Source of the DNA: Octopus vulgaris
Taxonomy: Eukaryota
Length of the DNA stretch: 64,000 nucleotides
Direction of reading: 5' to 3'
Assembly (NCBI GenBank): GCA_951406725.2
Contig: OX597838.1
Coordinates: 4,278,001 to 4,342,000, forward strand
This document shows, piece by piece, positions 23,576 to 38,011 of this stretch (position 1 is the first letter of the stretch; each line of letters opens with the position of its first letter). The translations under genes were made by a program, and so were the position numbers. The notes under the pieces were generated by a model. The model was not told the origin of the DNA and did not search any database. It saw nothing but the letters and a program-made list of their open reading frames with translations.

Positions 23576-25779
23576 AGAGTTAAAAAATGACCTTTAAATA
23601 ACAAATGTAAAGTTGTTATTGATTTGCTGGAATATTGTAACTGATGAAGTATTGAACTTTTAGTCACATGACCTAAAACAAATACCAAAAGAAACCCAAT
23701 CAAAATTTATTTTAGTAAATGACAGGACATCATCATATAAAAATAAATTTCAAATTATCATCATTGTTACTTTTATTATTATTACTATATTATTATTATT
23801 ATTATTATTATTATGGCTGGAAGCTGGCAGAATCCTTAACATGCTGGATGGAATGTTTAGCAGTAATTCACCAGTCACTGTTCTGAGTTCAAATTCCACC
23901 AAGGTCGACTTTGCCTTTCATCCTTTTGGGGTTGATAAAATAAGGACCTGTTGAACATTGGGGGACGACGTAATCATCTCATACCCATCAACAAAACTGC
24001 TGCCCTTGTGGCAAAATTTGAGACCATTATTATTATTATTATTATTATTATTGAAAAGGCGGTGAGCTGGCAGAACCATTAACATGCCAAGCGAAATGCT
24101 TAGCACCATTTTGTCATTCAGCTCTTTACATTCCGAGTTCAAATTCTGCTGAGGCTGACTTTGCCTTTCATACCTACAGGGTCAAAATAAGTACCAGTTA
24201 CACATTGGGGTTGATGTAATCGACTGCCCACCCACCAAATGTCCAGCCTTGTGCCTATAGTAGAAAGGTTTATTATTATTATTATTAAGGTGGTGGATTG
24301 GCAGAATTGTTAGAAAGCCAGACAAAATGTCGAAGATTTATAATTTGATGAAAATAATGATCAAAGCAGATGTAAATAATTATTTCTTACATAGGTAGGG
24401 ATTGGGCCAAAAGCCACAAAGTCCAACCACATCTTGCAATCTGTGGGTTTAATCTGGAGATTTCAATTACTGTATTAACTGCATTTATATATTTCGTAAC
24501 TCTCCCACTTGGTACAGGACCAGAAATCTGAGGGGAAGGGACACTTGATTACCGTATTTTAATGTATATAAGAACCCTATTTTTTTGTCAAAAATTAGGT
24601 TAAAAAATATGGGAGTTTCTTATACATGGATAGTATCATAATCCCTTACAAAGCCTTTTTTTAAACTTTAAGCTTTAAAAATTAGGGGATTCCTTATACA
24701 TGTTAAAGTATGGTATGTCAATTCCAGGACTTGACTGCTTCTTTATTTTACCAACCATGCAAGGCTGTGAAGTGCAATTATTCTTGCCAAGGTCAACTCG
24801 ACCTCTCATTGTCTCCAGTTTTTCCTCACCCCTAATTTCTGGCCTTGGGCCTGTATTTATCATTATCATCATTTAATGTCTGTTTTCAGTGCTGGCATGG
24901 ATTGGAAGGTTTGACAGGATCCAGTAAACTACAGGATTGCATCATACACCGGAGTCAGTTTTGGCATAATTTCTACAGCTGGATGCCTTTCCTAACACCA
25001 ATCCCTTTCCAATGTGTACTGAATGCTTTTTTTTTAGTAGTGTGGTCTGCCTGATGGTAAGCCATGTCTTATACAGTCTGATTCTCATAAAAAGGTTACC
25101 CCATGCCTGGTGAAGACATTGGTGCACGAAGCAGTCCTCCGATATATCAGGTCCTGTCAAACATTCCAACTCCAAAATAAATATCAAATGGAAATTGTAG
25201 TTATGATACCTGTGCTGGCTGCATGTGAAAAGCACCATCCGAAATTGGCCAATGCCAGCGCTGCCTTGACTGGCTTTTGTGCCGGTGGCACGTAAAAAGC
25301 ACCAACCGATCATGGCCGTTGCCAGCCTCCTCTGGACCCTGTGCCGGTGGCATGTAAAAAGCACCCACTACGCTCACAGAGTGGTTGGCATTAGGAAGGG
25401 TATCCAGCTGTAGAAACACTGCCAGATCAGACTGGAGCCTGGTGCAGCCTCCTGGCTTCCCAGACCCCGGTCGAACCGTCCAACCCGTGCTAGCACGGAA
25501 AACGGATGTTAAACGATGATGATGCTAGCTTGGGAGCCAGGTATTAAATGATGAAGACAATCTTCAAATTGGTCAGAGACAGTTCTATTCAGTGTTCCTC
25601 CCTGTGATACAAAGACTGAGCGTCAGTTCCTCAACCACCAACCGCACCAAACATGTGCATCCACCCTCAAACACCCAACTTAGAAAAGGAAGGAAGAACA
25701 TACAGAGTACTTGAAAAAAAAAAGTTATGATCATGGTCAGTCAGGGCTGACCTAGGGCTAAAGAACAACACCAACTCAC

Positions 25780-25920
25780 CCTTGCATCATAGACTTTCTT
25801 CAGGGCTTCATATTTTATAGAACCGAGGAAGATCACACCTTGAAATTTGCCATCGTGGTCTGTGGCAACTAATTCTACACAAATTATTTCGCTGTCCCTG
25901 ACAATGATATCAGCAAAAGC
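25780..25920 (-). CDS. KIAA0930: KIAA0930 homolog exon 6 ([47 protein letters not shown])
   Basis: Matches human [37 protein letters not shown] / GTGAGT; 141 nt. Confidence 0.97.
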
Positions 25921-27562
25921 CTGAAAGTGAAAGAAGAAGAGAAGAAAATAGAGACAGAACCAAAATGAGGAAACTGAGAACAGAATCCCTACAATAATAG
26001 GAACCTTAGGAAGGAATAACAGACCAAGACATAGACAAATACATAACCAAAACACCAAAGTTTACATACATATACCTGTTCATCAGTCAGAGTGACAAGG
26101 ATCCTTTAGTCAACCTTAAAGATGATTAATGACTTGTGCAGTGACTTTGTTTAAAGTGTAAAAGAGTTGCTTCTCGTCAGCCTCACTCTCTCATCTCTGA
26201 CCATCTTGAATCAAGTGACAAGGCCAGGTCAAGGTGACTGGGGACGGAGATGGATGCTGTGGATGACCAAGGTGTCTGGCTTGCTTCATCTTGCTCTCTG
26301 CAGCCACCTTCCTCTCCACTGAAGCATGAAATCTTCTTTTGCAGAGTTCACCAAATCAGTCCGTACATACATTACACATATATAGACCATACAGGTAACA
26401 GCATTGCTATATAATACAGCTGAGAGAGAGCACCTCACGATTTAGGCACATATATAACTCAGTTGTTGGCCAGTTAGGTTTACCTATTTAGTGAAATCTT
26501 TTAACTCCTATTTTGGGGACAGCCTAGCCCTTCAATCCCCACCATTGCTTTGCCCCATGTACCAGTTTCATACAAAACAATTTTTCCATGGACTGTGGGA
26601 ACCCATGATTAATAAAATGTGCATAATACAGAATTTAATTATTACATACACAATACACCTATGTAACCTTACATATACAACATTATATATATATATTATA
26701 TATACTCTCTCTCTCTTTTACTCTTTTGCTTGTTTCAGTCATTTGACTGCGGCCATGCTGGAGCACCGCCTTTAGTCGAGCAAATCGACCCCCAAGACTT
26801 ACTCTTTGTAAGCCCAGTATTTATTCTATCGGTCTCTTTTGCCGAACTGCTAAGTGACGGGCACGTAAACACACCAGCATCGGTTGTCAAGCAATGCTAG
26901 GGGGACAAACACAGACACACAAACACATACACACACATATAAACATATATATATATATACGACAGGCTTCTTTCAGTTTCCGTCTACCAAATCCACTCAC
27001 AAGGCATTGGTCGGCCCGGGGCTATAGCAGAAGACACTTGCCCAAGATGCCACGCAGTGGGACTGAACATGGAACTATGTGGTTGGTTAGCAAGCTACAT
27101 ACCACAGCCAATCCTGCACCTATATATATATATATAAACTGCAAAAATATATATATATATATAAAATGAATATATATATATATATATACACTGCAAAACC
27201 ACTCAGAAGACTGCAATAGTCAAAGTAGAAATAAAATTTAAAAATCAATTCTTCCTGTGTGGCTCAATACCAAATGACCCACAGCCTGGGACTGGCCTGA
27301 ATTTGTAAGACCAAATTTTACAACACAATATAAAAAAAAGGTAAAAAAGAAATGTAGGTTGACTTATACACCAAGATGACTTTGGAAGACCAAAACCTTC
27401 AAGTGAAATGCAAGGTCTGGAAAGATAATTACGATGTTTGAATGTTTACATTTAAGAAATGGTACGTCAATTTGTATGCTGGAAAACACAGTCCCATAAC
27501 TGTTTCGGAGAATCATTAAAGTGTTGAATGAAATGTCTTACAGGAATTTTTCTGGTTCTTCA

Positions 27563-27817
<255 letters not shown>

Positions 27818-30227
27818 TTAACGAACATGGAATTGCTTTTTTTTTTAATGCATTACTACAACCTGGAATTTTTCCAAAATTTGTTTTAATTTTAGGTTCC
27901 AAAAGGAACAATACACATGAACTTAACAAGGCTCCTATCAAACTTAACAAAAAAGAAAAACCCCAAAAGCTTTTGTACAATGTACAAAGCAAATTTCTAA
28001 CTCTTTAACTGCAAAATTTTATGGTTATTCCAGTGAATATGCTAAATGTTAAAAAAAGAAAAAATAAGGGGAAAAAAAAAGGTATTTTCTGTAAGCCCTG
28101 TTGCCTCAATAAACTTGACATATCTCAATAAAAAAATTGTTTCAAACATGAGATTCCTCAACAAAAGATAGATTGGTCGTTATGGTATGTATATATATAT
28201 ATATATATATAACTGCTTTTGTTAAGGGTAATTAAATTTTGAGTGGATATACCCTCATGTGAAACCATTGACACATCTGGGAGGGCGGCCAAACTCACTA
28301 ATATATATTTTCATGTGTGTCTGTGTGTGTTTGTGTACACACATACATACATATGCGTGTTTGTCTCTGCATGTGTGTGTGTGTGTCCATGTATGTGTGT
28401 CACTGTGGGACGAACAAACAGGCCATTAGCCTTATCATTCTGCTTCATTTATTTTGTTTTTACATCAAGATTAGGTTTGTCTTTGGGCTCTTATGTTGAT
28501 GACAAAGTAAGTAGCAGATAAAATAGAGGGGTTGGTGCAATCAACTAAAACCCTGCCTTAAAGGCAGTAGGCATCCCACTGTGGACAGGGTCCAAAGACT
28601 GAAACCAACAAACAATTATAAAAGGAATAAACTGTTTACGAGACATCTAGATAAGTATTCTTTTCATGGAGACAATGAGAAAATAAACAGAATATATATT
28701 TCTTTATTGCCCACAACGGGCTACACACAGAGGGGACATACAAGGATAGACAAAGGGATTAAGTCGATTATATTGACCCCAGTGCGTTAACTGGTACTTT
28801 TATTTATCGACCCCGAAAGGATGAAAGGCAAAGTCAACCTTGGCGGAATTTGCACTCAGAATGTAAAGACAGACTAAATACCTATTTCTTTACTACCCAC
28901 AAGGGGCTAAACACAGAGAGGACAAACAAGGACAGACAAACGGATTAAGTCGATTTCATCGACCTCAGTGCGTAACTGGTACTTATTTAATTGACTCCGA
29001 AAGGATGAAAGGCAAAGTCGACTTCGGCGGAATTTGGACTCAGAACGTAGCAGCAAACGAAATACCGCTTAGCATTTCACCTGACGTGCTAACGATTCTG
29101 CCAGCTCACCGCCTTAAAAATAGAATATAATTGATGAAGAAACTAACTTCAAGCACACACAAACATAACACATTTAATCATTCCGTATTTTACAGAATCA
29201 ACCCTTTAGCATTCAGATCCCTCTGCCAAATGTAATGCAATCAATGTGGCTGATGCTAGCATCAAGTAACTGGCACCTGTGCCGGTGGCACGTAAAAAGC
29301 ACCTTTCGAGCATTGGACCTCCTTGAGACAATGACAAATGACTAAGACCTTTGGCAAGATGCTGGGCTTGAGTAGAAGACCCATCAAGCCAAGAGAAATT
29401 GCAGTTGTGACAGACACTGGTGTCGCATAACTGGCACCCGTGCTGGTGGCATTCAAAAGCACCCATTACACTCTCGGAAAGTTGGCGTTAGGAAGGGCAT
29501 CCAGCCATAGAAAAACCATGCCAAATCAAACTGGAGTCTGGTGCAGGCCCTCAGCTTACCATTCCTGGTCTAACTGTCCAACCCATGCCAGCATGGACAA
29601 CGGATGCTAAATGATGATGATCGTTTTGAGCGAAATGTGCATTATCTCAATTCTGATATGACTATTTTTAGAATGACATTGTTGGGTTGGTGTGAGAGGC
29701 CTGATCTGGCTGGTTTGAACATAAAACAGCTAGAAGGCTTTGGCTAGTTTAAACGTTGAAGTATGCAAATGTTTAAGTATGCAAGCACACTTTGTGTTGA
29801 ATTAAAACTTTTATTTAATCAGATCAAATGTTTGGAAATTAAGATTATCAATGATAAATAAGTATTTAACTATCTCTTTCTCTCTGGGGACCTCTTGTAT
29901 CTCCTTATGATATCATGATATCAAATCTCAGGTTCAACTGAGACCCAGGCTAGTTATCTGTATCATGTGACCTTTGGATTTAGATATAAACAATTTCTAA
30001 ACATTCTTATCAAGAAGAACAGATGTACACAGATTATGTCATATGTTGTGTGGTGATGTTTATGATTAAATTTAGTGGCCCACAATTTAGTCTCTAGTAG
30101 CAACATGGTCGTTATATTCCAATCTCAGACCCCAGACTTCCATGTTTTGCTTGTTACAAATCAACAGCATGTAAAACACACACACACACAAGGAAACTGT
30201 AAGAAGCTGTTCTACATATACACGTGC

Positions 30228-30265
<38 letters not shown>

Positions 30266-30458
30266 GTGTGTGTATACGTTTACATTTAAGGATCCAAAAA
30301 ATTTATTGCTGTAGTTGGTATTAACACATTTTTTGTTGTTGTTGTTGCTGTGGTGGTGGTGGGGAGAAGAAGCAGGAGAGAGGGAAAGAGAGAGGGAGGT
30401 GGCAAAAGAGAAGTGAGGAGAGAGAAAGAGAGAAAGAAACTTATGTGATATTGTTTAC

Positions 30459-30536
30459 CTGAGCAAATTTTTTCAGGATTTGTAAATCTTTATCACTGGT
30501 CCTCGTACAGATCGCACACGTTACTGTATATTCAAA
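30459..30536 (-). CDS. KIAA0930: KIAA0930 homolog exon 4 (FEYTVTCAICTRTSDKDLQILKKFAQ)
   Basis: Not in ORF track; read by hand; matches human LDYMVTCAVCTR; TTTTCAG acceptor, CAG|GTAAAC donor; 78 nt. Confidence 0.95.
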
Positions 30537-30923
30537 CTGAAAAAAATAAAAAAAACAATATTACTAACATAATAATAATCATAATAATCTTTTCTACTAG
30601 AGGCACAAGGCCTGAAATTTTGGGGGAAAGGGATTAGTCAATTATACTAACCCCTGTGTTTCACTGATACTTAAGTTATCGACCCTGAAAAGATGAAAGG
30701 CAAAGTTGAGGCAAAGTTGACCTTGGCAGAATTTGAACTCAGAACGTAAGGACAGACGAAATGCCACTAAGCATTTTGCCCAGCATGCTAACAATTCTGC
30801 CACCTCACCACCCTAATAATAATAATCTTTTCTACTCTAGGCACAAGGCCTGAAATTTTGGGGGAGGGGAGGGGGCAGTCAATTAGATCGAACCCCAGTA
30901 TGCAACTGGTACGTAATTTATCA

Positions 30924-31260
30924 TCCAGCCTTCATCAGGTGTCTTGGGGAAATTTTGAACCTGGGTTCTCATTCCTAAGGTATTTTTCGATATTGCCCAC
31001 GGGCATATGGCGTAGTGGTTAAGAGTACGGGCTACTAACCCCAAGATTCCGAGTTTGATCCCAGGCAGTGATCTGAATAATAATAATAATAATAATATCG
31101 AAAAATACCTTGGGAATGAGAACCCAGGTTCGAAATTTCCCCAAGACACCTGATGAAGGCTGGAGGGTATATCAGCTGAAACATTGTGTTTACAACAAAC
31201 AAGATGTGGACAAATATCCATCAAATGTAAATAATTCCTCATCTCTTAAATATAGAACTG
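30924..31260 (+). mobile_element. Non-autonomous tRNA-headed, hammerhead-bearing retroelement with inverted 5' duplication (Penelope-like)
   Basis: 71-bp inverted arms 30924-30994 / 31094-31164; A box TGGCGTAGTGG at 31008, B box GAGTTTGATCC at 31051; (AAT)n; hammerhead; follows a truncated SINE. Confidence 0.7.
31145..31190 (+). ncRNA. Minimal type I hammerhead in tRNA-headed element
   Basis: GACAC-CTGATGA-A-GGCTG(10 nt)CAGCT-GAAA-CA-TT-GTGTT; stem I GACAC/GTGTT. Confidence 0.65.
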
Positions 31261-31339
31261 TGTTACAAAGATGAGACTAAGCAAGAGTCTGACTTCTGCT
31301 GAGGAGAAGACAAAATAATCACTTTATACATTCACTTTA

Positions 31340-32503
31340 ACACTTTGGCGTTTAAACCAGACATAATATTCAACCTGTTTTATGTTCAAACTGGCCAGAT
31401 CCAGCCTCTCACACCTACCCAACAATGCCATTCTAAAAATATACAGTCACATCATTGTAATCTCAAAGTTTTGAGATAATGTATAATTAATTGAAAACAA
31501 TGTGAATTAATAAGCATCACGGAGTGGTTGACGTTAGGAAGGGCATCCAACCGTAGAAACATTGCCAGATCAGACTGGGCCTGGTGCAGCCTTCTGGCTA
31601 TCCAGACCCCAGTTGCACCGTCCAACCCATGCCAGCATGGAAAGCGGACGCTAAACGATGATGATGATGATGATGATACACTTGATAGAATAATCTGAAT
31701 GCTAAAGGGTTAAACCAGCCATATCTGGCCCAAATATTCTACTGGTTTTATGTTCAAATGGACCAGATCTGGTCCCTCACTTCTACCCTACAATGTCATT
31801 CTAAACAACAATCACACCATCGAAATCTCAAAGCTCCAAGATAATGCATGATTAATGCAAAATAATGTGAACAAGAGCACTCAGAGAGTGCAAACCTCCG
31901 CCAAGGTAACACCAATGTCCTCTCAATGATTAGCCAGAGATGATTTTTAAAAGGAGAATATCTGAAATAAACTCGATTGCTCTCACAAACGAGAATACTA
32001 AAAAATGAACCTGGAAGCTCTTAAAAACCTGAAAACACTCAAAAGTAAAAAAAACAAGGAAAATAATCAAGAATCCTTGTCCGGTACCGGATTGATCCCA
32101 AAATCTAATCAGTTCGTGCTAGTCACGAGGCCAAACATCCCTGAAAGTTTCATCTGAATCCATCCAGTGGTTCTTGAGATATCTTGTCTAAGGACAAACA
32201 AACAAATGCGACTGAAAACAATACCTCCGCCTTCGTTAAGGCGGAGGAAATAAATAAGAATTACATTTGATTGAGTAACCTCAATGCTAAAGCATTAAGC
32301 CTATCATATCCAGCATAAACATCCTGCCTGGTTTATGTTCAAACTGACCGGATCTGGTTCCTCGTATCCCAGAAGGTCATTCTAAAAGTAAACAATCACA
32401 TCGTTGAAATCTTAAAGCTATGAGATAACGTAGGATTAATTCAAGGCAATGCAAATAAATAAGGATTACATTTGACAGAATAATCCGAATGCTAAAGGGT
32501 TAA
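31340..32503. mobile_element. Three tandem copies of a TTAA-CCC...GGG-TTAA MITE (piggyBac-type) with nested SINE and HINE insertions
   Basis: Repeated TTATGTTCAAA..CAGATC..ATTCTAAA..AATGCTAAAG(GGTTAA) units; related copies at ~12225, 13150-13380, 29200-29760. Confidence 0.65.
31871..32250 (+). mobile_element. Helentron-associated non-autonomous element (HINE/DINE-like)
   Basis: Subterminal ACCTCCGCC at both ends; 10-bp 3' hairpin CCTCCGCCTT-CGTT-AAGGCGGAGG (32224-32247); AAGTTTCAT..ATCCATCCAGT..GAGATAT..(ACAA)n core; splits a MITE. Confidence 0.75.
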
Positions 32504-32939
32504 AGAGTGCTGAGATATCTGTTCAATGGGGGCATGTGATCTAGTTGTTGTTTGTTCCTGCTCGAGCCACGCCTAGCTCATAAGGGCCGGCTTCCCGGTT
32601 TCCTTGGCGTATAGGTTCCCCACCTGAACGGGACGCCGGTCCATCGCAGGTGAGCTGCAAGATGCAGGAGGAAAGAGTGAGAGAAAGTTGTGGCGAAAGA
32701 GTCAGCAGAAGTTTCGCCCATTACCTTCTGCCGGAGCCACGTGGAGCTTAGGTGTTTTACTCATAAATACACACATCGACCAGTCTGAGATTCGAACCCG
32801 CGATCCCTCGACCGCGAGTTCGCTGCTCTAACCACTAGGCCATGTGGTCTAGTTGAGTCACATTAAATGTGGATTAGTTAACATTTGCGAGGGAGGAAAA
32901 GACATCCGTTTTCTGCTGGTTTTTAAATGTAGAAACCTA

Positions 32940-33296
<357 letters not shown>

Positions 33297-33585
33297 TTAG
33301 GGAGAGCATCTGGCCATAAAGCATTGTCTTAAAATAACCCGTCTGGAAAAGCAGATATAAGAATGATGGTGATGATGATGATAGTCTTCTATAAAAGATG
33401 ATTGTTTTAAAAATATTTACGTAAGTGCAGATGTGTGTGTGTGGTAAGGAGTTTGTTCCCCAACCACATGGTTTTGGATTCAGGCCCAGTGCATGGCACC
33501 TTGGGCAAATGTTGTCCACGATATCCCTGGACTGACCAAAGCTTTGGGAGTGGATACTCAATAGACTGAAACTGAAAGAAGACCA

Positions 33586-33636
<51 letters not shown>

Positions 33637-34940
33637 TGTTGCTGTCTCCTTGCCTTGACTGTGGTAGTTGTAAATGAGTGTCACCATGTAAATAGTGTCA
33701 TTTATTTCCAGTCTTCCATGAAAACATGTCTGGTCATGGGGCAATATTACCTTATTTGAAAAAAAAAAAAGTGAGGGTTGGCAACAGGAAGGACATCCAA
33801 CTCCAGAAAACCCTCAACAAATTCCGTCTGACCCATGCAAGCATGGAACACTGGATGTCAAAATGATAATTTTTAGAAGAGGGACAATGTGTCATTGGGA
33901 TTTTAAGAAACAAGTAAAAAGGTAGGGCCACATCCGTACAGGAAAGCAGATATAAAAAAAATGAGGATTGTGATGATCCTCCTCTTTAACCCTTTTGCTG
34001 TGCAAATCCAATATATCCACTTAAAATTTCATCAACCTTAACTGTAGAAAATAGTTTTATATACAAATCTAGCTTTTGTTGATGAATGCCATGTTCGAAT
34101 CTATGTTTTGTTGAGATGTGTCAAGTTTATTGAGGCAATGGAACTTGCAGAAAATACCAATTCTATATTTTTTGGGAGATATTTAACATCATTACTGGAA
34201 TAACCATGGAATTTAATTTTAGCAGTTCTGCTGAGATGATTTGTTTTTAAAGATCAAATGTTATACATTTGCTGTATATTATCTCACTCTCTCTCTCTCT
34301 CTCTCTCCATCAAATTGATGTCTGAACAGGTGCACTGTGTACCGTACTTCAGGTGTCAAAGTGGTTGCAGAGTAATGTGAGATGAAGTGTTTTGCTCAAG
34401 AACACAACGCATTGCCTGATCCAGGAACTGAACCACAATCTCAAGATCACGAGTGCAATAGTCTGACCACCAGGCCACATGCCTTCACTAGAAGTTTAAA
34501 AACGATGGAATGTCTTGCAGTATTCAGTTTGGCTCTCTGTGCTCCAAGTTCAAATCCCACCTGGGGATTCAAATCACCCCAATGCAACGTCATTGCCCTT
34601 TACACATGGATACAAAACATCAAAGTAAACTAATGACAGACCGTAGCACCGGTACTTGTCTGTAATAGGACAAATCAATCATTGTCCCTGCATAGTTGTG
34701 CCATGGTTACAGGGGCTTTGAAGATCAATCACTGCAGAGATTGAACTCTTAACGCTTCTTCCACGGTAATGGAACTCATTAGCAAATAGCCCCAGGTCCA
34801 GAAACCTCAGAAACATTGACTTAACGCTAAGGAAGGCCAGAGGTAACCACTCACCCTGTTATTCTTTATGATTTAGAGACCATAATTCATTTAACAACAG
34901 CAACATTAGTAATAATAATAATAATAATGGTATTTCTTAC

Positions 34941-35095
34941 CTGAATTTGAGGAATGCGACCGCGATTAATATGAGATTTTCGGACATAAAAAACCATGTC
35001 ATCTCGTTCGTCATCGTTGATGCTGCCTTCTATGAAGTATTCAGTAAAGAGTGTGGTCCAGAATTTGTTGGTGCTAACAACTTCAATACTATCTG
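34941..35095 (-). CDS. KIAA0930: KIAA0930 homolog exon 2 (DSIEVVSTNKFWTTLFTEYF...DDMVFYVRKSHINRGRIPQIQ)
   Basis: Matches family motif FWT.mF..YF...DDMLFYVR; acceptor TTTCAG|CAG (NAGNAG), donor CAG|GTAAGA; 155 nt, phase 1 to 0. Confidence 0.93.
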
Positions 35096-36819
35096 CTGAA
35101 ATATAAAGGACAAAAATAACTGAAGGTGTCATCTCACATTTATTATTATTATCATTATTAAGGCGGCGAGTTGGCAGAATTGTTAGCACACCAGGTGAAA
35201 TGCCTAGTGGTATTTCGTCCGTTTTCACATTCTAAGTTCAAATTCCGCTGAGGTCGACTTTGCCTTTCATCCTTTCGGGGTCAACAATCTAAGTCCTAGT
35301 TGAGCACTAGGGTTGATATAATTAACTAATTCACTTCCCCCAAAATTTCAGGCCTTGTGCCAATAGTAAAAAGAATTAAAAGCTATTACATGCTACATTA
35401 ATTAGCAGGGATGTTGTCTTGAGGTTTGGTGAAAACGAGTCTCCTCAAATCTGAGGAGAACTTTTCTTCCTCTCCCTGGAAGAAGTTGAAGTTGGCAGTG
35501 GTCAGAGCTGAGGAAAGGTGGATAGTGCCATGTTTAAATACTGAAGACATGCTGTATATCACCATGGTGGGGTGGGTGGGTGGATGGGTTAAACCAGAGA
35601 AGTCTGAAACGTGGTCCTTTGCTATTTGTAAGACCCGCAGAAGAGAAAGCAGGTCAACCCCCGACACCGAGAGCATTGACGGATGGATGAATGCGCAGCA
35701 TCCAGGCTCAACGGTTGCGTAGGAAGTCGGGGACAAGAAACAGGAAGAAAGAGTGAGAGAAAGTTGGAGCAAAAGAGTACAACAGGGGTCGCCACCACCC
35801 CCTGCCAGAGCCTCGTGGAGCTTTAGATGTTTTTTGCTCAATAAACACACACAATGCCCGGTCTGGGAATCGAAATCGCGATCCTCCGACCGTGAGTCCG
35901 TTGCCCTAACCATTGGGCCATTGCACCTCCACTGCCAGTGCTGTGTAAAAGCACCCAGTACACACTGTAAAATGGTTGGTGTTAGGAAGGGCATCCAACC
36001 ATTGAAACCATGCCAAAACAGACATGGAACCTGAACAGCCCTTCAGCTGATCAGCTCCTGCCTAACTCATGCCAGCACGGAAAACAGACATTAAATGATG
36101 ATGATGATGATGCTAAACAGAATTCAAAGCATTTTGTGCTTTGCTTTTTTGAAAAGTATAATGAAATACCAAAAAATAGGTCATCTTATTCCATTGTGAA
36201 AACCCTGATACACCTCACATGATATGTATTTTGGTTCTGGTTATTGTTTAAACCCAGGTCAGCTCTGAGCAGTTCTAGGATCAAAGATATTCCAGCCATG
36301 GCTGCTGCATCTTTTTGTATATGAGAATTCATTCTTCAATGTGTTCCTTTGTTTTCTTTCTTTCTTTCTTTTCAAAATGGCAGGGTGCAATTTGGAGTAA
36401 GTTTGGCTGCTATATCTTGCAGGTCCAATAACTGCGAGTTATACTGACATATTGTATTTTCCAGCACAAAAGTTGAACATCTCAGACAAAAATTTATGGA
36501 CAAAAAATTTAAGGGTGACTTATACACCAAGACTTTGGGATGCCAAAAATTGCATGTAAAATGCTAACCACATGGTTCCAGGTTCAGTCCCACTGTGTGG
36601 CACCTTGGGCAAGTGTCTTCTACTATAGCCTCAGGCTGACCAAAGCCTTGTGAGTGGATTTGGTAGACGGAAACTGAAAGAAGCCCGTTGTGTGTGTGTG
36701 TATATGTTTGTGCACCACCCCAACATTATTTGACAACCCGTAACTTAGCAGTTTGGCAATAGAGACCGATAGAATAAGTACTAGGCTTACAAAGAATAAG
36801 TCCTGGGGTCGATTTGCTT

Positions 36820-38011
36820 GAAGTAAGTATCATTATAGTCAACACATTTTTGCCAATCAGTTACAAGTTTGTTTATTCCGGTAACATAATGATCTGAAGT
36901 TCTGGAGTTGATGAACTCTTTGAACGCACTTTCAGCATCGGTTTGATTTTTGAACTGCTTCTCTCGCAGGAAACTAGCAAGGAACTTGCAAAAGTGGTAG
37001 CCAGTAGGAGAAAGGTCCGGGGAATAAGCTGGGTGGGGAAGAACTTTGTAGCCAAGTTCCCTCAACTTCTGGAGCGTCATTAGTGAAACATGTGGTCAAC
37101 TATTGTCATGAAGAAAGATTGGCCCTCTTCTGTTGACCAGTCTGGTTCGGAGGAGTAGCAGTTTTCCGTTCATTTTGGCAATTTCATGGCAATATGTTTC
37201 TGCAGTAATGATTTTTCCGGGTTTTAAGAAGTTATAGTGGATGAGTGCAGCAGTACACCACCATAACCTTCTTTTTGAAGAGCTTGGGTTTAGGGAAGGT
37301 TTTCGGTGTTACATTTTGGTCCAACCACTGCTAAGAACATTTTTTTATTATTGTACAGAATCCACTTTTCGTCACAAGTTACAATACAGTTGAGAAATGA
37401 ATCGTTCTGGTTACGGAGAAGAAGCAACAAGTAAATTTCATATCTGCACATTTTCTGATTTTAATTCACATCGTGTGGTACCCATTTGTTGAGCTTTTTT
37501 GATTTTCAGATCGCATGCAGATGGTTGCAAGCAGTTTTCTGGCTAACTTGAAGTTCTTTTGCCAATTCTCGAGTGGTTTTATGTGGATCTTTCTCAATGA
37601 CGGTCCTTAATTGACTGTCATCGATGACAGATGGGTGTCCACTACGCTCACGATCTTCAAGGCTCAGGTCTCCCCTGCGAAATCCTTTAAAAGCCTTTTC
37701 GAGCTGACCACTCACTGGTCATTTCCTCACCAAAAGTTCTGTTGATATTGGGAGCAGTTTCAGCTGCTTTACGTCCTTTTTTGAAGTTGAATAGCAAAAT
37801 TGCTCCAATATCACGCTTTGACAGTTCCATTTCAGATGATTGTAACAACGGTAAAAAGAATATCAATGTTAATTTATTGATGCATTTGGGCAAGTCTGTG
37901 TCTGTATTATCAGACAGTCGCAACAAAATGCTTAAAAACAATTCAAAACTCTAAAATACGGTACAAATTCTTCATGGTTCAAAACATTGCTTACTTTTTA
38001 CTCAACCTGAT
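36820..38011 (-). mobile_element. Mariner (Tc1/mariner, Hsmar1/SETMAR-like) transposon relic; transposase pseudogene from ATG 37830
   Basis: Motifs DRERSGHP, KWVPH, IVTCDEKWILYNN, HDNS*PH, HPAYSPDL; stops and frameshifts; TIR-like ATCAGGTTGAGTAAAAAGTAAGCAAT at ~37986-38011; 3' end cut by a SINE. Confidence 0.93.

Noticed and set aside
31001-31072. tRNA-Ser(ACT)-like gene
   Set aside because: Acceptor stem does not pair and the B box is mutated; it is a SINE-type head
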